This document shows positions 33,894 to 42,195 of a stretch of 64,000 nucleotides of DNA, piece by piece. Both the position numbers and the translations under genes were made by a program. This stretch comes from an uncultured bacterium (GTDB lineage Bacteria; Verrucomicrobiota; Lentisphaeria; Victivallales; UBA1829). The notes under the pieces were generated by a model. The model was not told where the DNA came from. It did not search any database and worked only from the letters and a program-made list of their open reading frames with translations. The stretch's first letter is position 1; each line of letters opens with the position of its first letter. Where the stretch lies: positions 42,394 to 106,393 of the forward strand of contig CADCMR010000003.1 of the NCBI GenBank assembly GCA_902802585.1, written 5' to 3'.

Positions 33894-33985
33894 GCTTCAT
33901 GTCTCCTTTTGTTCTGGGCTGTTCTGTCCGCCGATCCCGATCGAACAAACAGAAAATCCCTGTGATTGTTTTGCGCCGCGGCTTC

Positions 33986-35056
33986 TCAGCCGTGCATGGC
34001 GCGCTGATAATCGTCTTTGTCGAATCCGAATCTCCGGATCATTTCCTCGTCCGCCGCGCTCAGGCTCCGCTTCACCGCGTGCCGTCTGTCCGGCGCAAAC
34101 GCCATGCGGTCCGGCACTACGGCGGGCGCATGCTCCAGGTAGGACGCCAGCACGGCGCAGTCCTGGCTTTTCGCCCAGCCTTCCAGCGCGTGCGTCAGCT
34201 TCCCCTCCTGAAGCCCCTGTTCGATCAGTTCCGCCTTGCGTTTTTCCTCGGCGGCACATGCCATCGTGTCGAGTTCCCGCCGCAACGCGTCCGCCTGCCC
34301 GGCGCGTTCCTTCACCACCTCAAGTGCCGCTGACATGGCTTCGTCGGGTTCGTCGTCCGCCACGCCCAGACCTTCGCGCAGAGCGGCAATGGCGTCCGCC
34401 TTCGCCTCGATCGCGGCCGCCGTACGCTCGAAAGCGCGTTCCTCGTCGTCCTCGCCGGTCAACACGATCTCATTCCAGACCGTCTTCCCGAGCAGACGTC
34501 CGAGCGCGCGTTCGATCGGGTCCTGAAGCCGTTTCAGCTCAATGGCGTTTCGTCCGACGTCCTCCGGATCCGCGCCGTCCTCCTCGCCGCCCGCCGCCAG
34601 GACATCTTCGCAGTTCAACGCAGGTTCGTTTTCCATCGCAACGCTCGTGATGCGGATCGGTCCTTCCTTCAGACCGCGGATCACAGGCGAACAGTACCGG
34701 AAGATTTTCTCCTTCAGCAGCTCGTATGCGCCCGGCGTCCATTCGGCGCGGATGCGCAGCTCGTCGCCCTCTCGAAACAGCGTCCCAAACCCCATCGCCG
34801 CCACGCCCGAAGGAATCAGCCGCAACGCTTCGTTCTCCTCCACGCCGTGCTTCTCCGCCAGGATGTGGAGGTAATGGTTCGAGTCAATCGGGATCGCCTC
34901 GCCCTTCTTCGCCTGATACGTCGCGATGGCGTCCAGGTCCTCCACGCTCAATCGCAGTTCATAGTCCTTTCCGTTTTTCACGAGCCGGTTCACGCCCGCA
35001 CGCAGCAGAGTCCATTCCTCAGGGACTCCGTTCGCATCCTGTTTTACAGTGCTCAT
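33986..35056 (-). CDS. Mu gpI-like prohead protease/scaffold
   Basis: IPIDSNH (His), FRYCSPVI (Ser), SVAMENEPAL; coiled-coil scaffold C-terminus. Confidence 0.85.
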   Translation of the reverse strand: MSTVKQDANGVPEEWTLLRAGVNRLVKNGKDYELRLSVEDLDAIATYQAKKGEAIPIDSNHYLHILAEKHGVEENEALRLIPSGVAAMGFGTLFREGDELRIRAEWTPGAYELLKEKIFRYCSPVIRGLKEGPIRITSVAMENEPALNCEDVLAAGGEEDGADPEDVGRNAIELKRLQDPIERALGRLLGKTVWNEIVLTGEDDEERAFERTAAAIEAKADAIAALREGLGVADDEPDEAMSAALEVVKERAGQADALRRELDTMACAAEEKRKAELIEQGLQEGKLTHALEGWAKSQDCAVLASYLEHAPAVVPDRMAFAPDRRHAVKRSLSAADEEMIRRFGFDKDDYQRAMHG

Positions 35057-35120
35057 TTCCTGCTCCTATGTTTTTGTTTGTCTTGTCCCCTTGGGGATAG
35101 TAAAGCTTCTTCCGTGCGCA

Positions 35121-35210
35121 GTGAAGGATTTGTCCTCCGTGCCCGAGCGAAGCCGGGCACAACCGCGGTGAAGGACTTGTCCTCCGTGTCGTAGCGGAGC
35201 ACGGCACTAC
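35121..35210. repeat. Two tandem 47-bp-period REP-like double-hairpin units
   Basis: GTGAAGGA(T/C)TTGTCCTCCGTG starts at 35121 and 35168; stems GTGCCCG/CGGGCAC around AGCGAAGC. Confidence 0.75.
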
Positions 35211-35228
35211 TCGACACACTCTGTGTGC

Positions 35229-36617
35229 CTACCAACCGAATATCTGTTCCTCTACGCTCCTCTGATGTAGCGGCGGCAGCGGATCGATCCCGCACGGAGC
35301 CTCATTTCCGCGTCCCGCCGCGTGGACTGCCAGCGCGAGCGCCCAGAACCGGTCCGAATGTCCGGATTCGTCGCGTTCGGCGTCGTAACGGACGTTCCCG
35401 GCGGCGGTCACGCTCCGCACGATTTTGTGCAGGTCGTGACGCATCACGTCATCCGCCAGAATCCGTATGCCTCGCGACTCGAACGCCGCCCGGACCGGCA
35501 TGGCGAGCGAGGCTTTCACCGGGCCCGTAAATGTCACGCTCTCCACGCGGTATTTCCCGTGGCGTTCCTGCATCTCCTCCGCCAGCATCATCCCGATCCC
35601 CGTCGCGTCGATGCAGAGGCGTTCCAGCCGGGCGTCGTCGAGGCGGCGCGCCAGGGCGTCCGCCTGCATCCGGAACGGCATGTTCTCCATGACTTCGTAT
35701 CCGCTCTGCCAAAGGATGTCTCCGATGCGCGTCAGCTCGAAATACACCCCGACGTCCTTCTTCCGTCCCACGTCGTAACCGGCGTACCGGATCGCCTTCG
35801 GGTTTCCGTTCAACGCCTTTTCCAGGTCGGAGGCGTCGTTTTCGCACGCGCCGATCATGCCGTAGTCCAGCAATGCCGCGCCCGCCTCCGCCGCCTCGAC
35901 CATGTACTGCGTCCGCCAGGCGTCTTCCGTGCGGCATTTCGCACGCATCATTTTCAGCCATTCCTCGCGGCTCAGCTCGCTCCCGGTCACAGCATTGACG
36001 CGTTCCACGAATCCTTCCTCCACGGCGTCCAGGATGCTCGTCCGGTGGACGCTCCATCCCATCGCATTCGCGCCGTGTTCCGCCTCATGTAGCATCCGGC
36101 AGAACGGCGATTCGCTGCTGCCGTCCACACTCAGCGCGGACACCATTTCCAGCTGTCCGCCCCACGTGGTGCACGGCAGTGCCATGTCGATCACCTTTCC
36201 GCTGTCCTTGTGCAGGTCCGCCTCGTCGATCAGGATGTCCCCGCCCTTCCCGGCGAACGCTTCAGGCGTGCTGGACAGGCTGATGACCCGGCTGCCGTTG
36301 CCATATTCCGCCGTATACGCCCGGATCCCGTGCAGCGGGTCGATGACCGAGGCATTCTCTCCGGCGAGACCGCGGCAGACCACGTTCGCCGCCGCCGCCC
36401 ACTTCGCGATGTAGTCCGTGATGAATTCGCGGGCGGTGAACTCGTCGCGGCTGGTCACCCACTGCACCGTCCCCGGATGCCGCAGGCACTTGTCATTCAC
36501 GCGGAAGCTCGTGGCGTACGTGATGCCGATCCGGCGCGATTTCGCGTACAGCTTCATCCGCGCATCGTCCAGGATCCAGCGCCTCTGGTACGGCAGAAAA
36601 TAATCCGTCAGCTTCAT
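35229..36617 (-). CDS. Mu gp28-like terminase large subunit
   Basis: LPYQRRW, Walker A KSRRIGIT, Walker B ILIDEA, nuclease GYDVGRKKD / IDATGIG / HSDRFWALALA. Confidence 0.92.
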   Translation of the reverse strand: MKLTDYFLPYQRRWILDDARMKLYAKSRRIGITYATSFRVNDKCLRHPGTVQWVTSRDEFTAREFITDYIAKWAAAANVVCRGLAGENASVIDPLHGIRAYTAEYGNGSRVISLSSTPEAFAGKGGDILIDEADLHKDSGKVIDMALPCTTWGGQLEMVSALSVDGSSESPFCRMLHEAEHGANAMGWSVHRTSILDAVEEGFVERVNAVTGSELSREEWLKMMRAKCRTEDAWRTQYMVEAAEAGAALLDYGMIGACENDASDLEKALNGNPKAIRYAGYDVGRKKDVGVYFELTRIGDILWQSGYEVMENMPFRMQADALARRLDDARLERLCIDATGIGMMLAEEMQERHGKYRVESVTFTGPVKASLAMPVRAAFESRGIRILADDVMRHDLHKIVRSVTAAGNVRYDAERDESGHSDRFWALALAVHAAGRGNEAPCGIDPLPPLHQRSVEEQIFGW

Positions 36618-36949
36618 CCTTCCTCCGTCTCAGCCTTCATGTTCATGGTTAATTGATTCCATCGAACGAGGGTCCATGCGGACGGCGCCGGGGCGTCATC
36701 CCGCCTTCATTTCCACGCGGTTTCGCATCTTTCTTTCCCTTTTCCAGGCTTTCCTTCCGGATCTTCCCGACCGCCGGAAATACCGCTTCCGGCTCCGGAG
36801 CCGCCGCACGGACCCTTCAACCTAAACGTGATTTTCCGACTTCCGGACGGAACAAATATGCAACTATCAGTCATTTCTATCGGTTGAGTGTGACAAGGCG
36901 TTTTTCGCTTCCTGTTCCGGCGCAATCCCGGCGACGTCACGTTCCCATC

Positions 36950-36978
36950 TTGAAAATAATGTCAGATGGAGCTATATT
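36950..36978 (+). promoter_or_regulatory. Sigma70-type promoter for the BASS transporter-uvrA genes
   Basis: TTGAAA-17 bp-TATATT. Confidence 0.6.
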
Positions 36979-37033
36979 ATTTCCTCCTTATTTTCGCGCC
37001 CGCGATCCATTCTTTTTTTTAAGGCTTCATCTT

Positions 37034-37996
37034 ATGTGGAAAGCTCTCAGCCAGCCCGCAAAAATCATCATCCCGCTCTTCATCGGACTCTGTTTCCCCT
37101 GGATGTCCCGCGCATCCTTCATGGTCCGCTGGCTGCTCGTCGTCATGCTCCTGAACGCCTGCCTCGGCATCAAGTTCAGCGGCCTGAAAATCCGCCTGTA
37201 CCACTGGTATCTGCTCGCCGCCAACCTCGTGATCGGCGTGCTGGCGTGGCTGATCGCCTGCTGGTGCTGCGGCGGCAATACCGAGGTGGCGAAAGCCGTC
37301 TTCTTCACGGCAATCTCCCCCACCGCCACCGCCGCCCCCGTCGTGATCGCGTTCCTGGGCGGAAACGTCGCCACGGTCCTGATGGGGTTCCTGATCAGCG
37401 ACCTCGGCATCTCGCTCTTCCTGATCGGGCTGCTCCCGCTTGTCACGGGACAGCTGAGATGGGAGTTCGTCAACGAGGTCTTCCTGAACATCGCGTTCGT
37501 CATGGCGCTTCCTGTTTTCCTCTCGCGCGTCCTGCTGCGTTTCTGGCCGTGGCTCGCGGACTTCGCCAAGTACAAAATCGCACCGCACGCGCTTTGGGCA
37601 TGGTCCGTCATGCTCCTCATCCTCGGCGGCATGGCGCGCAAGACGTTCGACGAGCAGGAGGTCAGCGCCGTCGCCATCCTTCTCCAGATCGGCTGCGCCA
37701 CGCTCGCCGTCTGCGTCCTGAACTTCTTCACCGGATGGCTGATCGGTCCCCGCCGCTGCAAGCTCGAGTCCAGCCAGCTCCTCGGTCAGAAGAACACCTC
37801 TTTCACGATCTATCTGGCGATCACGTTCGCCTCTCCTGTCGCCGCCCTCGGTCCGCTGTTCTATATCCTCTGGCACAACAGCTGGAACGCCATTCAGATG
37901 TTCCAGTTCGAGAAACGCCGGCAGCGCAAAGCGGCTCGCTTCATCTCTTCCTCCCGCCCGGACGCTTCCGCCGGGGCGGAACACATCACTCCCTGA
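37034..37996 (+). CDS. Bile acid:Na+ symporter (BASS)-like transporter
   Basis: About 9 TM segments, ISPTATAAPVV, SQLLGQKNTSFTIYLA, YILWHNSWN. Start set at ATG 37034, downstream of the promoter. Confidence 0.75.
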   Translation: MWKALSQPAKIIIPLFIGLCFPWMSRASFMVRWLLVVMLLNACLGIKFSGLKIRLYHWYLLAANLVIGVLAWLIACWCCGGNTEVAKAVFFTAISPTATAAPVVIAFLGGNVATVLMGFLISDLGISLFLIGLLPLVTGQLRWEFVNEVFLNIAFVMALPVFLSRVLLRFWPWLADFAKYKIAPHALWAWSVMLLILGGMARKTFDEQEVSAVAILLQIGCATLAVCVLNFFTGWLIGPRRCKLESSQLLGQKNTSFTIYLAITFASPVAALGPLFYILWHNSWNAIQMFQFEKRRQRKAARFISSSRPDASAGAEHITP

Positions 37997-38022
37997 ACCT
38001 TCACGAAACGGACGCGGTCAAC

Positions 38023-40896
38023 ATGCAGGACATCATCATCCACGGCGCTGCCGAACATAATCTGAAAAATATTGACGTCACGATCCCGCGTGACCGTCTC
38101 ACCGTCATCACCGGCCTCTCCGGCTCCGGCAAATCCTCGCTCGCCTTCGACACACTCTATGCCGAGGGACAGCGCCGCTATGTCGAAAGCCTCTCCGCCT
38201 ACGCACGCCAGTTCCTTGACCGCATGGGCAAGCCGAAAGTCCGCCACATCGAGGGGCTTTCCCCATCCATCGCCATCGAACAGCGCTCCGCAGGCTCCAA
38301 TCCGCGCTCCACGGTCGCAACCGTCACCGAAATCTACGACTACCTCCGCCTCCTCTACGCCCACGTCGGCACGCCGCACTGCCCCAAGTGCGGCAAGGTC
38401 CTCGCCGCTCAGTCCGCGCAACGTATCCGCGACCGCCTGCTCCAGCTGCCCGCCGGACCCGCCATGATGATCCTCGCGCCCGTCGTTCGCGGACGCAAGG
38501 GCGAACACCGCGACATCCTCGACAAGCTCCGCAAGGACGGCTTCGTGCGAGCCCGCATCGACCGGAAAATCGTCGCACTCGACGAGCAGATCGCTCCGCT
38601 CGACAAGAAGGTCAAGCACAACATCGAGGCGGTCGTCGACCGTCTCGTCTGCGGCAAGCTCGAACCTTCCCGCCTCAACGACTCCATCGAATCCGCACTG
38701 AAGCTCGGCGACGGCGTGATGCTCCTCCTGCTTGAAGACCGCGACGCCACGTTCGTCTCCGGCGAGAAAGTCTGGCGCGAGGAACTCATCAGCGAACACC
38801 TTTCCTGCGAGGACTGCGGCATCAGCATCTCCCCGCCCGAACCCCGTAATTTCTCGTTCAACAGCCCCTACGGCGCGTGCCCGGTCTGCAGCGGCATCGG
38901 CTCGCTCCAGGTCATGGACCCCGCGAAGGTCGTCGAGGACGAAAACGCCACGCTCCGCCACGGCGCCGTCCCCGCCTGGCGGCGAGGCGCGCACCGTCTC
39001 ATCATCTACTACAACCACATGCTCAAGTGTATCGCCGCCCACTACGGTCTCCCGAAGCTGATGGACACCAAATGGCGCGACCTCCCCGAGCACATCCGCC
39101 ACGTCCTGCTCTACGGCAGCGGCGACGAGATCATCGACTTCAGTTTCTACATGCGCGGCAAGCGCCACGAGATGAAAAAGCCCTTCGAGGGCATCCTCGC
39201 CAACCTCCAGCGCCGCAGCCAGGACTCCGAATTCGAGAGCGTCCGCACGCGCCTCATGGAGCTGACCATGCGAAAGACCTGTCCAGCGTGCCATGGCGCG
39301 CGCCTCCGCCCGGAGAGCCTCGCCGTCGAGATCGGCGGCGCCAGCATCCACGACTTCAACCGCAAGAGCGTGTCCGCCGCGCTGGACTTCCTCGCAAACC
39401 TCAAGCTCACCGACGTGCAGGACAAGATCGCCGCCGAGCTCCTCAAGGAAATCCGCAGCCGCCTCATGTTTCTGAAGAACGTCGGGCTCGGCTATCTTTC
39501 CCTCACCCGCGAATCCGGCACGCTGTCCGGCGGCGAAGCCCAGCGCATCCGCCTCGCCACCCAGCTCGGATGCGGTCTCGTCGGCGTCATCTACATCCTC
39601 GACGAACCCAGCATCGGGCTGCACCAGCGCGACAACGCCAAACTCCTCGCCACCCTCAAAAACCTGCGCGACATCGGCAATACCGTCGTCGTCGTCGAGC
39701 ACGACCCGGAGACCATCCAGAACGCCGATTACGTGATCGACCTCGGCCCTGCCGCCGGCGTCCACGGCGGCGAGATCGTCGCCGCCTGCCCGCCTGGCGA
39801 ACTCGTCAACTGTCCGCGCTCCCTCACCGGCAAATTCCTCTCCGGCGAAGAATCCATCCCCGTCCCGGAGAAACGCCTCGCCGGCTCCGGCAAGTTCCTC
39901 GAAATCCTCGGAGCCACGCACAACAACCTCAAAAATATCAATGTGAAGATTCCGCTCGGCGTCTTCACCTGTGTGACTGGCGTGTCCGGCTCCGGCAAAT
40001 CCTCGCTCGTGAACGGCATCCTCCGCCGCGCTCTCGAACACCGTTTCGAGGTCGCCGACGCCGGTGAGGTCGGCGCACACAAGGAGATACGCGGCCTCGA
40101 ATTCATCGACAAGGCAATCATGATCGACCAGACCCCGATCGGACGCACCCCGCGTTCCAATCCCGCCACCTACACCGGGTTCTTCTCCGCCATCCGCAAC
40201 CTCTTCGCATCCCTGCCCGAATCCAAAGTCCGCGGCTACGGACCTGGCCGCTTCAGCTTCAACGTGAAGGGCGGTCGATGCGAGGACTGCCAGGGCGACG
40301 GCATCCGCCGCATTGAAATGCAGTTCCTGCCGGACGTGTACGTGGAGTGCCCCGTTTGCCATGGCCGTCGCTTCAACGAGGAGACGCTTTCCGTCCGCTA
40401 CAAAAAGAAAAACATCTCCGAGGTCCTGGACATGACCGTGTCCGAAGGCGTCGAGTTCTTCTCCGCCGTCACGCCCATTGCACGCAAGCTCAAGACGCTC
40501 GAAAGCGTCGGTCTCGGCTACATCTCCATCGGGCAGAGCGCGACCACACTGTCCGGCGGCGAGGCGCAGCGCGTCAAGCTCGCCACCGAGCTCGCCAAGA
40601 TCCCGCGCGGCAACACCCTCTACATCCTCGACGAGCCCACCACGGGGCTTCACCTCGCCGACATCCGCCAGCTCCTCCAGGTCCTCATGATGCTCCGCGA
40701 CAAGGGAAACACCATCCTCGTCATCGAGCACAACCTCGATGTCATCAAGACCGCCGACTACATCATTGACCTTGGCCCCGAGGGCGGCGACGAGGGCGGA
40801 CGCGTCATCGCCACCGGAACTCCGGAGGAAGTCGCGGCGTGTAAAAAATCCTATACTGGTAAATTCCTGAAACCCCTGCTGAACAGCCTGCTCTGA
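38023..40896 (+). CDS. uvrA: Excinuclease ABC subunit A
   Basis: [46 protein letters not shown], zinc fingers. The first ~329 aa of the track ORF are an antisense-style extension over the BASS gene. Confidence 0.98.
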   Translation: MQDIIIHGAAEHNLKNIDVTIPRDRLTVITGLSGSGKSSLAFDTLYAEGQRRYVESLSAYARQFLDRMGKPKVRHIEGLSPSIAIEQRSAGSNPRSTVATVTEIYDYLRLLYAHVGTPHCPKCGKVLAAQSAQRIRDRLLQLPAGPAMMILAPVVRGRKGEHRDILDKLRKDGFVRARIDRKIVALDEQIAPLDKKVKHNIEAVVDRLVCGKLEPSRLNDSIESALKLGDGVMLLLLEDRDATFVSGEKVWREELISEHLSCEDCGISISPPEPRNFSFNSPYGACPVCSGIGSLQVMDPAKVVEDENATLRHGAVPAWRRGAHRLIIYYNHMLKCIAAHYGLPKLMDTKWRDLPEHIRHVLLYGSGDEIIDFSFYMRGKRHEMKKPFEGILANLQRRSQDSEFESVRTRLMELTMRKTCPACHGARLRPESLAVEIGGASIHDFNRKSVSAALDFLANLKLTDVQDKIAAELLKEIRSRLMFLKNVGLGYLSLTRESGTLSGGEAQRIRLATQLGCGLVGVIYILDEPSIGLHQRDNAKLLATLKNLRDIGNTVVVVEHDPETIQNADYVIDLGPAAGVHGGEIVAACPPGELVNCPRSLTGKFLSGEESIPVPEKRLAGSGKFLEILGATHNNLKNINVKIPLGVFTCVTGVSGSGKSSLVNGILRRALEHRFEVADAGEVGAHKEIRGLEFIDKAIMIDQTPIGRTPRSNPATYTGFFSAIRNLFASLPESKVRGYGPGRFSFNVKGGRCEDCQGDGIRRIEMQFLPDVYVECPVCHGRRFNEETLSVRYKKKNISEVLDMTVSEGVEFFSAVTPIARKLKTLESVGLGYISIGQSATTLSGGEAQRVKLATELAKIPRGNTLYILDEPTTGLHLADIRQLLQVLMMLRDKGNTILVIEHNLDVIKTADYIIDLGPEGGDEGGRVIATGTPEEVAACKKSYTGKFLKPLLNSLL

Positions 40897-40910
40897 AAAA
40901 GGTATCCGCC

Positions 40911-41123
40911 ATGAAAAAGGAAATCCCCGGATACCTGCGCGAACTGCTGGTCGCGATCCTGATTCCCGTGCCGGTTCTTGCATTCGTTTTCCGGTCGCTT
41001 TCCAGCAGATGGCGGAGCGGAAATGCGGAAGAAAACCGGGGCGGCGAGGCACAGGAAACAACGGTCACGAATGAGGAAATGACCGACAGCAATCCCGGAG
41101 AGCGATCCGGCGCTCTCCAATAG
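40911..41123 (+). CDS. Small single-TM hypothetical protein
   Basis: LLVAILIPVPVLAFVF TM followed by an acidic tail. Confidence 0.55.
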   Translation: MKKEIPGYLRELLVAILIPVPVLAFVFRSLSSRWRSGNAEENRGGEAQETTVTNEEMTDSNPGERSGALQ

Positions 41124-41146
41124 GCCCGTTGAACGCAGCGCAGCCG

Positions 41147-42184
41147 TTACAGCGATTCGCGGACGCCCGGCGCCTTGCTCATCTTCAGCACGGAAATGGA
41201 AGGCGTCTCCGGCACGATCAGCGCATCCAATTCCGATTCGTCCATGTGGACCGTCTGGAAGACGGGCTCCTCCGCGGACGGGACCGCGCCGGGGTTCACG
41301 ACAGCCGCGGGATCGCGTGCCGGGCCCGGCTCCTTCGCTGCCGAATAATGCATGATCACCAGGACGACGAGCCAGAGCAGCGCGATGGAGACAATGCCGA
41401 TGACGATAAAGAAGATGACGGTGAAATTGCGGATCCGTTTGGTCTCGCCCTCGTTCACCAGCGTGTTTTCGTTCACGGATTCGAGGAGCGTCTTCGGCAG
41501 TTCCTCGGGATCCTGCGGCGTTTCCTTCCGCATTCTGTTCAGCAGGATTTCGCCGTTCTCTCTGGAGAGGTCGTACACCTCAATGAGCTTGCGGACGTAT
41601 GCCGAGATGTAGACCGGCGGCAGATTGTGAAGCAGCTTGCCGCCTTCCAGTTCGATTAGATACTCCATGCGGATACGCGTGAAACTCGAAACCTCTTCCA
41701 GGGACATCCCGCGCGCATTGCGGATCGATGTCAGCATCTGCCCCAGCGGCTGGTCCGCCTGAAGCGCGTGCGGAAGCGGCTTATGATTCCGCGGTGCCGC
41801 GGCCGGAGCGGGAGACGAACCCGAAGCGCCCGGACGCACGACGCGGGGCGCGACAACGACTCCGGGCCGTATGGACGCAGACGGCTTTTTGCGGGGCGGA
41901 GGCGGCGCGACAACCGGGGAATCCTCTTCCCGGACGTCTCCCGGCTGGATACCCTGTCCCTCCGGCTCCGCCGTCGTGGTATTTTCCTGTTCAGGCGTTT
42001 CCTCCGCCGGAACCGCGTCGGACACAGCCTGTTCATACTCGGGTTCCGCGGGCTCCGCTTCCTCCGAGGAAAGCTCAAATCCGGATTCCGGTTCCGCCGG
42101 GGATTCCTCCCCTGTGCAGGGCTGGTCGGAAAAGAGATTCAGTTCCTGTTCATTCTTCGCTTCCTGTTCTTCCGAATCAGTCAT
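41147..42184 (-). CDS. RodZ-like HTH membrane protein
   Basis: LGQMLTSIRNARGMSLEEVSSFTRIRMEYLIELE...VYISAYVRKL HTH, one TM; downstream of ftsK. Confidence 0.75.
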   Translation of the reverse strand: MTDSEEQEAKNEQELNLFSDQPCTGEESPAEPESGFELSSEEAEPAEPEYEQAVSDAVPAEETPEQENTTTAEPEGQGIQPGDVREEDSPVVAPPPPRKKPSASIRPGVVVAPRVVRPGASGSSPAPAAAPRNHKPLPHALQADQPLGQMLTSIRNARGMSLEEVSSFTRIRMEYLIELEGGKLLHNLPPVYISAYVRKLIEVYDLSRENGEILLNRMRKETPQDPEELPKTLLESVNENTLVNEGETKRIRNFTVIFFIVIGIVSIALLWLVVLVIMHYSAAKEPGPARDPAAVVNPGAVPSAEEPVFQTVHMDESELDALIVPETPSISVLKMSKAPGVRESL

Positions 42185-42195
42185 GATACCTTACC

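Larger units (their letters stand above)
24479..36617 (-). mobile_element. Mu-like phage-derived virion gene cassette, incomplete
   Basis: Co-oriented terL, Mu gpI-like protease, cement, gpT-like capsid, gp36-like adaptor, fibre and lysis-like genes; no portal, integrase/transposase or regulator seen. Confidence 0.9.

Noticed and set aside
36618-38022. LexA/SOS boxes controlling the phage cassette, uvrA or recA
   Set aside because: No TGTTC-N4-GAACA, GAAC-N4-GTTC or CTGT-N8-ACAG match found by eye upstream of these genes.
37894-41061. Very long antisense ORFs (e.g. 1055 aa opposite uvrA, 1217 aa at 45374-49027, 924 aa at 19318-22092, 711 aa at 16222-18357, 657 aa at 1005-2978)
   Set aside because: They lie exactly opposite well-supported genes and have no motifs; they are shadow ORFs typical of high-GC codon bias.
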